Of a stretch of 64,000 nucleotides of DNA, positions 39,731 to 50,005 are shown one piece after another (position 1 is the stretch's first letter; every line of letters starts with the position of its first letter). Below the pieces are notes generated by a model, which was not told where the DNA came from, ran no database searches, and saw only the letters and a list, made by a program, of their open reading frames with translations. The stretch is from the NCBI RefSeq assembly GCF_044324785.1, contig NZ_CP172127.1. One strand, given 5' to 3'. A program made the translations under genes and the position numbers. Source of the stretch: Escherichia coli. Its GTDB lineage: Bacteria; Pseudomonadota; Gammaproteobacteria; Enterobacterales; Enterobacteriaceae.

Positions 39731-41269
39731 ATGCAACAACCTGTAGTTCGCGTTGGCGAATGGCTTGTTACTCCGTCCATAAACCAAATTAGCCGCAATG
39801 GGCGTCAACTTACCCTTGAGCCGAGATTAATCGATCTTCTGGTTTTCTTTGCTCAACACAGTGGCGAAGTACTTAGCAGGGATGAACTTATCGATAATGT
39901 CTGGAAGAGAAGTATTGTCACCAATCACGTTGTGACGCAGAGTATCTCAGAACTACGTAAGTCATTAAAAGATAATGATGAAGATAGTCCTGTCTATATC
40001 GCTACTGTACCAAAGCGCGGCTATAAATTAATGGTGCCGGTTATCTGGTACAGCGAAGAAGAGGGAGAGGAAATAATGCTATCTTCGCCTCCCCCTATAC
40101 CAGAGGCGGTTCCTGACACAGCTTCTCCCTCCCACAGTCTTAACATTCAAAACACCGCAACACCACCTGAACAATCCCCTGTTAAAAGCAAACGATTCAC
40201 TACCTTTTGGGTATGGTTTTTTTTCCTGTTGTCGTTAGGTATCTGTGTAGCACTGGTAGCGTTTTCAAGTCTTGATACACGTCTTCCTATGAGCAAATCG
40301 CGTATTTTGCTCAATCCACGCGATATTGACATTAATATGGTTAATAAGAGTTGTAACAGCTGGAGTTCTCCGTATCAGCTCTCTTACGCGATAGGCGTGG
40401 GTGATTTGGTGGCGACATCACTTAACACCTTCTCCACCTTTATGGTGCATGACAAAATCAACTACAACATTGATGAACCGAGCAGTTCCGGTAAAACATT
40501 ATCTATTGCGTTTGTTAATCAGCGCCAATACCGTGCTCAACAATGCTTTATGTCGGTAAAATTGGTAGACAATGCAGATGGTTCAACCATGCTGGATAAA
40601 CGTTATGTCATCACTAACGGTAATCAGCTGGCGATTCAAAATGATTTACTCCAGAGTTTATCAAAAGCGTTAAACCAACCATGGCCACAACGAATGCAGG
40701 AGATGCTCCAGCAAATTTTGCCGCATCGTGGTGCGTTATTAACTAATTTTTATCAGGCACATGATTATTTACTGCATGGTGATGATAAATCATTGGATCG
40801 TGCCAGTGAATTATTAGGTGAGATTGTTCAATCATCCCCAGAATTTACCTACGCGAGAGCAGAAAAAGCATTAGTTGATATCGTGCGCCATTCTCAACAT
40901 CCTTTAGCCGAAAAACAATTAGCAGCACTGAACACAGAAATAGATAACATTGTTACACTGCCGGAATTGAACAACCTGTCCATTATATATCAAATAAAAG
41001 CGGTCAGTGCCCTGGTAAAAGGTAAAACAGATGAGTCTTATCAGGCGATAAATACTGGCATTGATCTTGAAATGTCCTGGCTAAATTATGTGTTGCTTGG
41101 CAAGGTTTATGAAATGAAGGGGATGAACCGGGAAGCAGCTGATGCATATCTCACCGCCTTTAATTTACGCCCAGGGGCAAACACCCTTTACTGGATTGAA
41201 AATGGTATATTCCAGACTTCTGTTCCTTATGTTGTACCTTATCTCGACAAATTTCTCGCTTCAGAATAA
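39731..41269 (+). CDS. cadC: CadC, membrane-integrated ToxR-like activator of cadBA
   Basis: 512 aa, MQQPVVRVGEWLVTPSINQISRNGRQLTLEPRLIDLLVFF...; single TM segment (FTTFWVWFFFLLSLGICVALVAF); matches K-12 CadC. Confidence 0.95.
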   Translation: MQQPVVRVGEWLVTPSINQISRNGRQLTLEPRLIDLLVFFAQHSGEVLSRDELIDNVWKRSIVTNHVVTQSISELRKSLKDNDEDSPVYIATVPKRGYKLMVPVIWYSEEEGEEIMLSSPPPIPEAVPDTASPSHSLNIQNTATPPEQSPVKSKRFTTFWVWFFFLLSLGICVALVAFSSLDTRLPMSKSRILLNPRDIDINMVNKSCNSWSSPYQLSYAIGVGDLVATSLNTFSTFMVHDKINYNIDEPSSSGKTLSIAFVNQRQYRAQQCFMSVKLVDNADGSTMLDKRYVITNGNQLAIQNDLLQSLSKALNQPWPQRMQEMLQQILPHRGALLTNFYQAHDYLLHGDDKSLDRASELLGEIVQSSPEFTYARAEKALVDIVRHSQHPLAEKQLAALNTEIDNIVTLPELNNLSIIYQIKAVSALVKGKTDESYQAINTGIDLEMSWLNYVLLGKVYEMKGMNREAADAYLTAFNLRPGANTLYWIENGIFQTSVPYVVPYLDKFLASE

Positions 41270-41634
41270 GTAACTCCCGGGTTGATTCATACTCGGGAAT
41301 ATTTGTTGTTGAGCTTTTGTATGTTTCTGTTGGTATAATATGTTGCGGCAATTTATTTGCCGCATAATTTTCATTACATAAATTTAACCAAAGAATGTTC
41401 CGCAATCCATTGTAAACATTGAATGTTTATCTTTTCATGATATCAACTTGCGATCCTGATGTGTTAATAAAAAACCTCAAGTTCTCACTTACAGAAACTT
41501 TTGTGTTATTTCACCTAATCTTTAGGATTAATCCTTTTTTCGTGAGTATTCTTAGCGCCAGTTTGGTCTGGTCAGGAAATAGTTATACATCATGACCCGG
41601 ACTCCAAATTCAAAAATGAAATTAGGAGAAGAGC
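41270..41634 (+). promoter_or_regulatory. cadC-cadB intergenic region containing the Pcad promoter and CadC binding region
   Basis: AT-rich 365-bp region upstream of cadB; Pcad and CadC sites are described for this interval in K-12 (established knowledge); exact sites not mapped here. Confidence 0.55.
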
Positions 41635-42969
41635 ATGAGTTCTGCCAAGAAGATCGGGCTATTTGCCTGTACCGGTGTTGTTGCCGGTAATATGATGGGG
41701 AGCGGTATTGCATTATTACCTGCGAACCTAGCAAGTATCGGTGGTATTGCTATCTGGGGTTGGATTATCTCTATTATTGGTGCAATGTCGCTGGCATATG
41801 TATATGCCCGACTGGCAACAAAAAACCCGCAACAAGGTGGCCCAATTGCTTATGCCGGAGAAATTTCCCCTGCATTTGGTTTTCAGACAGGTGTTCTTTA
41901 TTACCATGCTAACTGGATTGGTAACCTGGCGATTGGTATTACCGCTGTATCTTATCTTTCCACCTTCTTCCCAGTATTAAATGATCCTGTTCCGGCGGGT
42001 ATCGCCTGTATTGCTATCGTCTGGGTATTTACCTTTGTAAATATGCTCGGCGGTACCTGGGTAAGCCGTTTAACCACTATTGGTCTGGTGCTGGTTCTTA
42101 TTCCTGTGGTTATGACTGCTATTGTTGGCTGGCATTGGTTTGATGCTGCGACTTATGCCGCTAACTGGAATACTGCGGATACCACCGATGGTCATGCGAT
42201 CATTAAAAGTATTCTGCTCTGCCTGTGGGCCTTCGTGGGTGTTGAATCCGCAGCTGTAAGTACTGGTATGGTTAAAAACCCGAAACGTACCGTTCCGCTG
42301 GCAACCATGCTGGGTACTGGTTTAGCAGGTATTGTTTATATCGCTGCGACTCAGGTGCTTTCCGGTATGTATCCGTCTTCTGTAATGGCAGCTTCCGGTG
42401 CTCCGTTTGCAATCAGTGCTTCAACTATCCTCGGTAACTGGGCTGCGCCGCTGGTTTCTGCATTCACCGCCTTTGCGTGCCTGACTTCTCTGGGCTCCTG
42501 GATGATGTTGGTAGGCCAGGCAGGTGTACGTGCCGCTAACGACGGTAACTTCCCGAAAGTTTATGGTGAAGTCGACAGCAACGGTATTCCGAAAAAAGGT
42601 CTGCTGCTGGCTGCAGTGAAAATGACTGCCCTGATGATCCTCATCACTCTGATGAACTCTGCCGGTGGTAAAGCATCTGACCTGTTCGGTGAACTGACCG
42701 GTATCGCAGTACTGCTGACTATGCTGCCGTACTTCTACTCTTGCGTTGACCTGATTCGTTTTGAAGGCGTTAACATCCGCAACTTTGTCAGCCTGATCTG
42801 CTCTGTACTGGGTTGCGTGTTCTGCTTCATCGCGCTGATGGGCGCAAGCTCCTTCGAGCTGGCAGGTACCTTCATCGTCAGCCTGATTATCCTGATGTTC
42901 TACGCTCGCAAAATGCACGAGCGCCAGAGCCACTCAATGGATAACCACACAGCGTCTAACGCACATTAA
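41635..42969 (+). CDS. cadB: CadB lysine:cadaverine antiporter
   Basis: 444 aa APC-family transporter, [43 protein letters not shown]... Confidence 0.95.
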   Translation: MSSAKKIGLFACTGVVAGNMMGSGIALLPANLASIGGIAIWGWIISIIGAMSLAYVYARLATKNPQQGGPIAYAGEISPAFGFQTGVLYYHANWIGNLAIGITAVSYLSTFFPVLNDPVPAGIACIAIVWVFTFVNMLGGTWVSRLTTIGLVLVLIPVVMTAIVGWHWFDAATYAANWNTADTTDGHAIIKSILLCLWAFVGVESAAVSTGMVKNPKRTVPLATMLGTGLAGIVYIAATQVLSGMYPSSVMAASGAPFAISASTILGNWAAPLVSAFTAFACLTSLGSWMMLVGQAGVRAANDGNFPKVYGEVDSNGIPKKGLLLAAVKMTALMILITLMNSAGGKASDLFGELTGIAVLLTMLPYFYSCVDLIRFEGVNIRNFVSLICSVLGCVFCFIALMGASSFELAGTFIVSLIILMFYARKMHERQSHSMDNHTASNAH

Positions 42970-43048
42970 TTAAAAGTATTTTCCGAGGCTCCTCCTTTCA
43001 TTTTGTCCCATGTGTTGGGAGGGGCCTTTTTTACCTGGAGATATGACT

Positions 43049-45196
43049 ATGAACGTTATTGCAATATTGAATCACATGGGGGTTTATTTTAAAGAAGAAC
43101 CCATCCGTGAACTTCATCGCGCGCTTGAACGTCTGAACTTCCAGATTGTTTACCCGAACGACCGTGACGACTTATTAAAACTGATCGAAAACAATGCGCG
43201 TCTGTGCGGCGTTATTTTTGACTGGGATAAATATAATCTCGAGCTGTGCGAAGAAATTAGCAAAATGAACGAGAACCTGCCGTTGTACGCGTTCGCTAAT
43301 ACGTATTCCACTCTCGATGTAAGCCTGAACGATCTGCGTTTACAGATTAGCTTCTTTGAATATGCGCTGGGTGCTGCTGAAGATATTGCTAATAAGATCA
43401 AGCAGACCACTGACGAATATATCAACACTATTCTGCCTCCGCTGACCAAAGCACTGTTTAAATATGTTCGTGAAGGTAAATATACTTTCTGTACTCCTGG
43501 TCACATGGGCGGTACTGCATTCCAGAAAAGCCCGGTAGGTAGCCTGTTCTATGATTTCTTTGGTCCGAACACCATGAAATCTGATATTTCCATTTCAGTA
43601 TCTGAACTGGGTTCTCTGCTGGATCACAGTGGTCCACACAAAGAAGCAGAACAGTATATCGCTCGCGTCTTTAACGCAGACCGCAGCTACATGGTGACCA
43701 ACGGTACTTCCACTGCGAACAAAATTGTTGGTATGTACTCTGCTCCGGCAGGCAGCACCATTCTGATTGACCGTAACTGCCACAAATCGCTGACCCACCT
43801 GATGATGATGAGCGATGTTACGCCAATCTATTTCCGCCCGACCCGTAACGCTTACGGTATTCTTGGTGGTATCCCACAGAGTGAATTCCAGCACGCTACC
43901 ATTGCTAAGCGCGTGAAAGAAACACCAAACGCAACCTGGCCGGTACATGCTGTAATTACCAACTCTACCTATGATGGTCTGCTGTACAACACCGACTTCA
44001 TCAAGAAAACACTGGATGTGAAATCCATCCACTTTGACTCCGCGTGGGTGCCTTACACCAACTTCTCACCGATTTACGAAGGTAAATGCGGTATGAGCGG
44101 TGGCCGTGTAGAAGGGAAAGTGATTTACGAAACCCAGTCTACTCACAAACTGCTGGCGGCGTTCTCTCAGGCTTCCATGATCCACGTTAAAGGTGACGTA
44201 AACGAAGAAACCTTTAACGAAGCCTACATGATGCACACCACCACTTCTCCGCACTACGGTATCGTGGCGTCCACTGAAACCGCTGCGGCGATGATGAAAG
44301 GCAATGCAGGTAAGCGTCTGATCAACGGTTCCATTGAACGTGCGATCAAATTCCGTAAAGAGATCAAACGTCTGAGAACGGAATCTGATGGCTGGTTCTT
44401 TGATGTATGGCAGCCGGATCATATCGATACGACTGAATGCTGGCCGCTGCGTTCTGACAGCACCTGGCACGGCTTCAAAAACATCGATAACGAGCACATG
44501 TATCTTGACCCGATCAAAGTCACCCTGCTGACTCCGGGGATGGAAAAAGACGGCACCATGAGCGACTTCGGTATTCCGGCCAGCATCGTGGCGAAATACC
44601 TCGACGAACATGGCATCGTTGTTGAGAAAACCGGTCCGTATAACCTGCTGTTCCTGTTCAGCATCGGTATCGATAAGACCAAAGCACTGAGCCTGCTGCG
44701 TGCTCTGACAGACTTCAAACGTGCGTTCGATCTGAACCTGCGTGTGAAAAACATGCTGCCGTCTCTGTATCGTGAAGATCCTGAATTCTATGAAAACATG
44801 CGTATTCAGGAACTGGCTCAGAATATCCACAAACTGATTGTTCACCACAATCTGCCGGATCTGATGTATCGCGCATTTGAAGTTCTGCCGACCATGGTAA
44901 TGACTCCGTATGCTGCGTTCCAGAAAGAGCTGCACGGTATGACCGAAGAAGTTTACCTCGACGAAATGGTAGGTCGTATTAACGCCAATATGATCCTTCC
45001 GTATCCGCCGGGAGTTCCTCTGGTAATGCCGGGTGAAATGATCACCGAAGAAAGCCGTCCGGTTCTGGAGTTCCTGCAGATGCTGTGTGAAATCGGCGCT
45101 CACTATCCGGGCTTTGAAACCGATATTCACGGTGCATACCGTCAGGCTGATGGCCGCTATACCGTTAAGGTATTGAAAGAAGAAAGCAAAAAATAA
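43049..45196 (+). CDS. cadA: CadA inducible lysine decarboxylase
   Basis: 715 aa from MNVIAILNHMGVYFKEEPIREL...; PLP-dependent fold-III decarboxylase motifs (STHKLL); intact reading frame. Confidence 0.95.
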   Translation: MNVIAILNHMGVYFKEEPIRELHRALERLNFQIVYPNDRDDLLKLIENNARLCGVIFDWDKYNLELCEEISKMNENLPLYAFANTYSTLDVSLNDLRLQISFFEYALGAAEDIANKIKQTTDEYINTILPPLTKALFKYVREGKYTFCTPGHMGGTAFQKSPVGSLFYDFFGPNTMKSDISISVSELGSLLDHSGPHKEAEQYIARVFNADRSYMVTNGTSTANKIVGMYSAPAGSTILIDRNCHKSLTHLMMMSDVTPIYFRPTRNAYGILGGIPQSEFQHATIAKRVKETPNATWPVHAVITNSTYDGLLYNTDFIKKTLDVKSIHFDSAWVPYTNFSPIYEGKCGMSGGRVEGKVIYETQSTHKLLAAFSQASMIHVKGDVNEETFNEAYMMHTTTSPHYGIVASTETAAAMMKGNAGKRLINGSIERAIKFRKEIKRLRTESDGWFFDVWQPDHIDTTECWPLRSDSTWHGFKNIDNEHMYLDPIKVTLLTPGMEKDGTMSDFGIPASIVAKYLDEHGIVVEKTGPYNLLFLFSIGIDKTKALSLLRALTDFKRAFDLNLRVKNMLPSLYREDPEFYENMRIQELAQNIHKLIVHHNLPDLMYRAFEVLPTMVMTPYAAFQKELHGMTEEVYLDEMVGRINANMILPYPPGVPLVMPGEMITEESRPVLEFLQMLCEIGAHYPGFETDIHGAYRQADGRYTVKVLKEESKK

Positions 45197-45209
45197 TTAG
45201 CTCGTACAA

Positions 45210-45238
45210 GGGAAGTGGCTTGCCACTTCCCTTTTTTG
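45210..45238 (+). terminator. cadA intrinsic terminator
   Basis: GGGAAGTGG-cttg-CCACTTCCC followed by TTTTTTG. Confidence 0.8.
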
Positions 45239-45254
45239 CTCATAAGGAGAACAC

Positions 45255-46712
45255 ATGAAAACACCCTCACAGCCGCGCGCGATATACTATATCGTGGCGA
45301 TCCAAATCTGGGAGTACTTCAGTTTTTACGGCATGCGTGCCTTACTCATTCTCTATCTCACCCATCAGCTTGGTTTTGATGATAACCATGCCATCAGCCT
45401 GTTCAGCGCATATGCTTCTCTGGTTTACGTTACCCCTATTCTCGGCGGCTGGCTTGCCGACCGCCTGCTCGGCAACCGCACTGCAGTGATTGCCGGCGCG
45501 CTGTTAATGACCCTTGGCCATGTGGTGCTGGGCATTGATACAAATTCAACTTTTAGCCTGTATCTGGCGCTGGCTATCATTATTTGTGGCTACGGTTTAT
45601 TCAAATCAAACATCAGCTGTTTACTTGGCGAGCTCTACGACGAGAACGATCATCGACGTGATGGCGGTTTTTCGCTGCTGTATGCTGCAGGCAATATCGG
45701 TTCTATCGCCGCCCCCATCGCCTGCGGCCTGGCTGCTCAGTGGTATGGATGGCATGTTGGCTTTGCCCTTGCGGGTGGCGGCATGTTTATCGGTTTGTTG
45801 ATTTTCTTAAGCGGTCATCGTCATTTCCAGTCCACGCGTAGTATGGATAAGAAAGCGCTCACTAGCGTCAAATTTGCCTTACCAGTATGGAGCTGGTTAG
45901 TGGTGATGCTCTGTTTAGCCCCAGTATTTTTTACCCTGCTGCTGGAGAACGACTGGTCCGGATATTTGCTGGCGATCGTTTGCCTCATTGCAGCACAAAT
46001 CATTGCCCGCATGATGATCAAATTCCCCGAACACCGCCGTGCTCTTTGGCAAATTGTATTGTTGATGTTTGTCGGGACGTTGTTCTGGGTACTGGCACAA
46101 CAGGGCGGCAGTACCATCAGCTTGTTTATCGATCGCTTTGTGAATCGTCAGGCATTCAATATTGAAGTACCTACAGCACTATTCCAGTCGGTGAATGCCA
46201 TTGCGGTGATGCTCGCTGGGGTTGTTCTGGCCTGGCTGGCGTCGCCAGAAAGCCGCGGCAATTCAGCATTGCGCGTCTGGCTGAAGTTTGCCTTTGGCTT
46301 ACTGCTGATGGCTTGTGGCTTTATGTTGCTGGCATTTGATGCCCGACATGCAGCGGCTGGCGGTCAAGCGTCAATGGGCGTGATGGTATCCGGGCTGGCG
46401 CTAATGGGCTTTGCTGAACTCTTTATTGACCCGGTGGCGATTGCGCAAATCACGCGTCTGAAAATGTCTGGCGTATTAACCGGTATTTATATGCTGGCAA
46501 CAGGCGCGGTCGCCAACTGGCTGGCAGGCGTCGTGGCACAGCAGACGACAGAGTCGCAAATTAGCGGTATGGCAATTGCCGCTTACCAGCGATTCTTTTC
46601 TCAGATGGGAGAGTGGACGTTGGCTTGTGTCGCGATCATCGTGGTATTGGCCTTTGCTACCCGTTTTCTGTTTAGCACGCCGACGAATATGATACAGGAG
46701 AGCAACGATTAA
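45255..46712 (+). CDS. dtpC: DtpC (YjdL) di/tripeptide permease, POT family
   Basis: 485 aa, [36 protein letters not shown]...; POT/PTR2 signature region. Confidence 0.9.
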   Translation: MKTPSQPRAIYYIVAIQIWEYFSFYGMRALLILYLTHQLGFDDNHAISLFSAYASLVYVTPILGGWLADRLLGNRTAVIAGALLMTLGHVVLGIDTNSTFSLYLALAIIICGYGLFKSNISCLLGELYDENDHRRDGGFSLLYAAGNIGSIAAPIACGLAAQWYGWHVGFALAGGGMFIGLLIFLSGHRHFQSTRSMDKKALTSVKFALPVWSWLVVMLCLAPVFFTLLLENDWSGYLLAIVCLIAAQIIARMMIKFPEHRRALWQIVLLMFVGTLFWVLAQQGGSTISLFIDRFVNRQAFNIEVPTALFQSVNAIAVMLAGVVLAWLASPESRGNSALRVWLKFAFGLLLMACGFMLLAFDARHAAAGGQASMGVMVSGLALMGFAELFIDPVAIAQITRLKMSGVLTGIYMLATGAVANWLAGVVAQQTTESQISGMAIAAYQRFFSQMGEWTLACVAIIVVLAFATRFLFSTPTNMIQESND

Positions 46713-46948
46713 CTGTCGTAAAAACAATTGGTTATGAATAAATTAACTTTCAGTTTATCACACTAGCAAATCGAGATTAATAAGTCATTTAAACCATTTT
46801 TATGGTTATTTATTAGTGATATCAACTTGAGGTAAGCGTTAGTTTCGATAAGATAAACTGAGTTATTAATAGTCGAGGCAGATAATACAGTGTACCGATC
46901 TGTCTCTTTATCTACGCTAAATTGAAAGCTGGATTTAGAGGAACCAAA

Positions 46949-48466
46949 ATGTCTGAACGAGAAACACGGGGAGCCAATGAGGCTATTGATTTTAACGATG
47001 AACTGAGAAATCGCCGCGAAAAACTGGCGGCACTACGTCAGCAAGGTGTGGCGTTTCCCAATGATTTTCGCCGCGACCATACCTCTGACAAGTTGCACGA
47101 AGAGTTTGATGCGAAGGATAACCAGGAACTGGAATCCTTAAACATTGAAGTCTCGGTTGCTGGCCGAATGATGACCCGTCGTATCATGGGGAAAGCCTCC
47201 TTTGTAACGTTGCAGGATGTCGGTGGCCGTATTCAACTGTACGTTGCAAGAGATAGCCTGCCAGAAGGTGTTTATAACGATCAGTTTAAAAAATGGGATC
47301 TGGGTGACATTATCGGTGCCCGCGGTACGCTGTTTAAGACGCAAACGGGTGAGCTTTCCATTCACTGTACTGAGCTGCGCCTGCTGACTAAAGCACTACG
47401 TCCTTTACCAGATAAATTCCATGGTCTGCAGGATCAGGAAGTCCGTTATCGTCAACGTTATCTGGACCTCATCGCTAACGATAAATCCCGTCAAACGTTT
47501 GTTGTCCGTTCAAAAATTCTGGCCGCTATCCGTCAGTTCATGGTCGCGCGCGGCTTTATGGAAGTAGAAACCCCGATGATGCAGGTAATTCCAGGTGGGG
47601 CATCTGCTCGCCCGTTTATTACCCATCATAACGCTCTGGATTTAGATATGTACCTGCGTATCGCGCCGGAGCTGTATCTGAAACGTCTGGTTGTAGGCGG
47701 TTTTGAACGGGTATTCGAAATCAACCGTAACTTCCGTAATGAAGGTATTTCTGTTCGCCATAATCCTGAGTTCACAATGATGGAACTCTACATGGCGTAT
47801 GCGGATTACCACGATTTGATTGAACTGACGGAGTCACTGTTCCGCACCCTGGCACAAGAGGTTCTGGGTACCACTAAAGTCACTTATGGCGAGCATGTGT
47901 TTGATTTCGGCAAACCGTTTGAAAAACTCACCATGCGCGAAGCAATCAAAAAATATCGTCCAGAAACCGATATGGCCGACCTGGATAATTTTGATGCTGC
48001 TAAAGCATTAGCTGAATCTATCGGAATTACGGTAGAGAAAAGCTGGGGTCTGGGACGTATTGTTACGGAGATCTTTGATGAAGTGGCAGAAGCACATCTG
48101 ATTCAGCCAACCTTTATTACGGAATATCCGGCAGAAGTGTCCCCGCTGGCGCGCCGTAATGATGTTAACCCGGAAATCACCGACCGTTTTGAATTCTTCA
48201 TCGGTGGTCGTGAAATCGGTAATGGTTTTAGCGAATTAAACGATGCAGAAGATCAGGCTGAACGTTTCCAGGAACAGGTTAACGCTAAAGCTGCAGGTGA
48301 CGACGAAGCCATGTTCTATGACGAAGATTACGTGACTGCGCTGGAATATGGTCTGCCGCCAACCGCTGGTCTGGGTATTGGTATCGACCGAATGATTATG
48401 CTGTTTACAAACAGTCATACTATTCGCGACGTTATTCTCTTCCCGGCGATGCGCCCACAGAAATAA
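46949..48466 (+). CDS. lysU: LysU lysine--tRNA ligase (heat-inducible)
   Basis: 505 aa from [40 protein letters not shown]...; class II aaRS motifs; the track ORF starts 27 nt upstream at an in-frame Met. Confidence 0.95.
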   Translation: MSERETRGANEAIDFNDELRNRREKLAALRQQGVAFPNDFRRDHTSDKLHEEFDAKDNQELESLNIEVSVAGRMMTRRIMGKASFVTLQDVGGRIQLYVARDSLPEGVYNDQFKKWDLGDIIGARGTLFKTQTGELSIHCTELRLLTKALRPLPDKFHGLQDQEVRYRQRYLDLIANDKSRQTFVVRSKILAAIRQFMVARGFMEVETPMMQVIPGGASARPFITHHNALDLDMYLRIAPELYLKRLVVGGFERVFEINRNFRNEGISVRHNPEFTMMELYMAYADYHDLIELTESLFRTLAQEVLGTTKVTYGEHVFDFGKPFEKLTMREAIKKYRPETDMADLDNFDAAKALAESIGITVEKSWGLGRIVTEIFDEVAEAHLIQPTFITEYPAEVSPLARRNDVNPEITDRFEFFIGGREIGNGFSELNDAEDQAERFQEQVNAKAAGDDEAMFYDEDYVTALEYGLPPTAGLGIGIDRMIMLFTNSHTIRDVILFPAMRPQK

Positions 48467-48479
48467 ATTTCACTTTAAT

Positions 48480-48509
48480 GAACGAAGCAGTCAGGCGACT
48501 GCTTCGTTC
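48480..48509. terminator. Hairpin between convergent lysU and ghoT (probable bidirectional terminator)
   Basis: GAACGAAGCAGTC-aggc-GACTGCTTCGTTC, a perfect 13-bp stem; A/T-rich flank on the ghoT side. Confidence 0.55.
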
Positions 48510-48584
48510 GTCGTTCCGCAAATCCAGTTTTGAGGAGAGACGCTTCGTTTCACGATAACCAGCGGGTCCACTCAACTACAGCTC

Positions 48585-48758
48585 CTAAAAGAGAGAAAAA
48601 AGTAATGCCACAGGCAGACTCATTGGCCAGGTTATTCCTACCAGGAATGCACTAAGTAAACGAATATGTGTTTTCTCATGTGAGATAAACCAGATAATGA
48701 CAAAGGATATGTTCACACCAATCACATAAAAAATTAATATTTTAGAGAATAGTGCCAT
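48585..48758 (-). CDS. ghoT: GhoT type V toxin (small membrane-lytic peptide), 57 aa, below the ORF-track size cut-off
   Basis: Minus-strand translation MALFSKILIFYVIGVNISFVIIWFISHEKTHIRLLSAFLVGITWPMSLPVALLFSLF*; two hydrophobic helices; immediately downstream of ghoS. Confidence 0.8.
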   Translation of the reverse strand: MALFSKILIFYVIGVNISFVIIWFISHEKTHIRLLSAFLVGITWPMSLPVALLFSLF

Positions 48759-48785
48759 TTTTTATGTTCTTCTTATCCTTCCTGG

Positions 48786-49082
48786 CTACTTGTAAAACTG
48801 ACGGAAATAGTCATCAACTGTCATAATGTTGAGGTCAAAGTCAATATCCGGTAAGTCTAAGCATTTAAGCCTGATTAAATCTTCGATTTCACTTGCGGCT
48901 AATGATGTCGTTATTGCGAAGGAATTTTCATTCAATTGTCGTGGTATCCCATATTCATCAGCCACGATAGAGGAGAAATTCATATCATGCATCAATGATC
49001 TTAACCTTAAGAACACTGAGGAATAAGATGATGGATAATCAAAAGAAACAACATAAGTATTGAACTTGTTTTTACCTTCCAT
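48786..49082 (-). CDS. ghoS: GhoS type V antitoxin (sequence-specific endoribonuclease; YjdK)
   Basis: 98 aa MEGKNKFNTYVVSFDYPSSYSSVFLRLRSLMHDMNFSSIVADEYGIPRQLNENSFAITTSL... matches GhoS as recalled. Confidence 0.85.
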   Translation of the reverse strand: MEGKNKFNTYVVSFDYPSSYSSVFLRLRSLMHDMNFSSIVADEYGIPRQLNENSFAITTSLAASEIEDLIRLKCLDLPDIDFDLNIMTVDDYFRQFYK

Positions 49083-49310
49083 AATATGACTCCTATCAAT
49101 TTTAAACGCTCTGGGGACGCAAAACTTATTAACCCCGAATGATGATTCTCATATAGGAGATATTCTTTTTTTTTTGCTCAGTAAAGGGGATGACTTGGGA
49201 CAAAAAAACGCTCTCTCTGACCATTCTTTGTGCATCCCCCTACCCTTCAGATGCTCACCTGCATCACACCGCGGAGAGCATGAAAAATATCGTGACTCTG
49301 TACTCTCCCA

Positions 49311-49583
49311 TCAACTGCGAATATCATCATACTCCCGTGTTTTATCAAATTCGTGTTTCGCAAATGGGCATAGTGGGATAATTTTTCGTTTTTCCCGACG
49401 CATTTTTTCCACGACTTTCGCAACCAGCTGTTTACCAATCCCCTGCCCTTTCAGGCTTTCATCGACATCGGTATGTTCGATAATCGCTAAATTCTCTCCG
49501 GTCGGCACAAAGACAATTTCAGCGATTTGCTTGCCCTGTTCGTCATTAATGTAAAATTTATTGTGGCCTTCGCGTATTTCCAT
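49311..49583 (-). CDS. yjdJ: YjdJ GNAT-family N-acetyltransferase
   Basis: 90 aa with acetyl-CoA binding motif [14 protein letters not shown]. Confidence 0.8.
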   Translation of the reverse strand: MEIREGHNKFYINDEQGKQIAEIVFVPTGENLAIIEHTDVDESLKGQGIGKQLVAKVVEKMRREKRKIIPLCPFAKHEFDKTREYDDIRS

Positions 49584-49594
49584 TTTACCCTCGC

Positions 49595-49825
49595 TTATTT
49601 ATGACGGTATTTCAGCGCGCCGCTCGGGCACGTATCAATCACTTTAACCACAGTGGCAACGTCGACTTCATCCGGCATGATCCACGGCTTTCGTTTGAGA
49701 TTAAATAACTTGCCGTTGCCACGTACGCAATTGCCAGAATGCTGACATATCGCAGTATTGAAATAGACATCGATCTTTTCGCCGGTATAACAGCGATAAC
49801 CCCCGTCCAGTAGCGCCCGATCCAT
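49595..49825 (-). CDS. yjdI: YjdI small cysteine-containing protein
   Basis: 76 aa with CxxxxCxxxC...C spacing ([12 protein letters not shown]...CPSGAL). Confidence 0.75.
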   Translation of the reverse strand: MDRALLDGGYRCYTGEKIDVYFNTAICQHSGNCVRGNGKLFNLKRKPWIMPDEVDVATVVKVIDTCPSGALKYRHK

Positions 49826-50005
49826 GACCTTCCCTCTCTCATCAGTATGATTATCGCTATAAGCATAGCCCCGGAATCTTCATACAGCACTGGCAGTTTC
49901 CGTTGCCAGAGTCTCTTCCCCTATATAGCCAATCATTCTTACTCCCTTTGAATTACCCGCCTCATCAGAGATAATGCTTAAGAAATTTGTCACACAAGGA
50001 AGCTG

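Noticed and set aside
42970-43048. Hairpin in the cadB-cadA spacer as a terminator
   Set aside because: The stem is imperfect and cadB and cadA are co-transcribed in K-12; left uncalled.
44066-45130. 354-aa minus-strand ORF inside cadA
   Set aside because: Antisense shadow of cadA; low-complexity, R/H/F-rich translation typical of the reverse frame of a highly expressed gene.
48826-49026. 66-aa + strand ORF
   Set aside because: Lies entirely inside ghoS on the opposite strand; ghoS matches a known protein.
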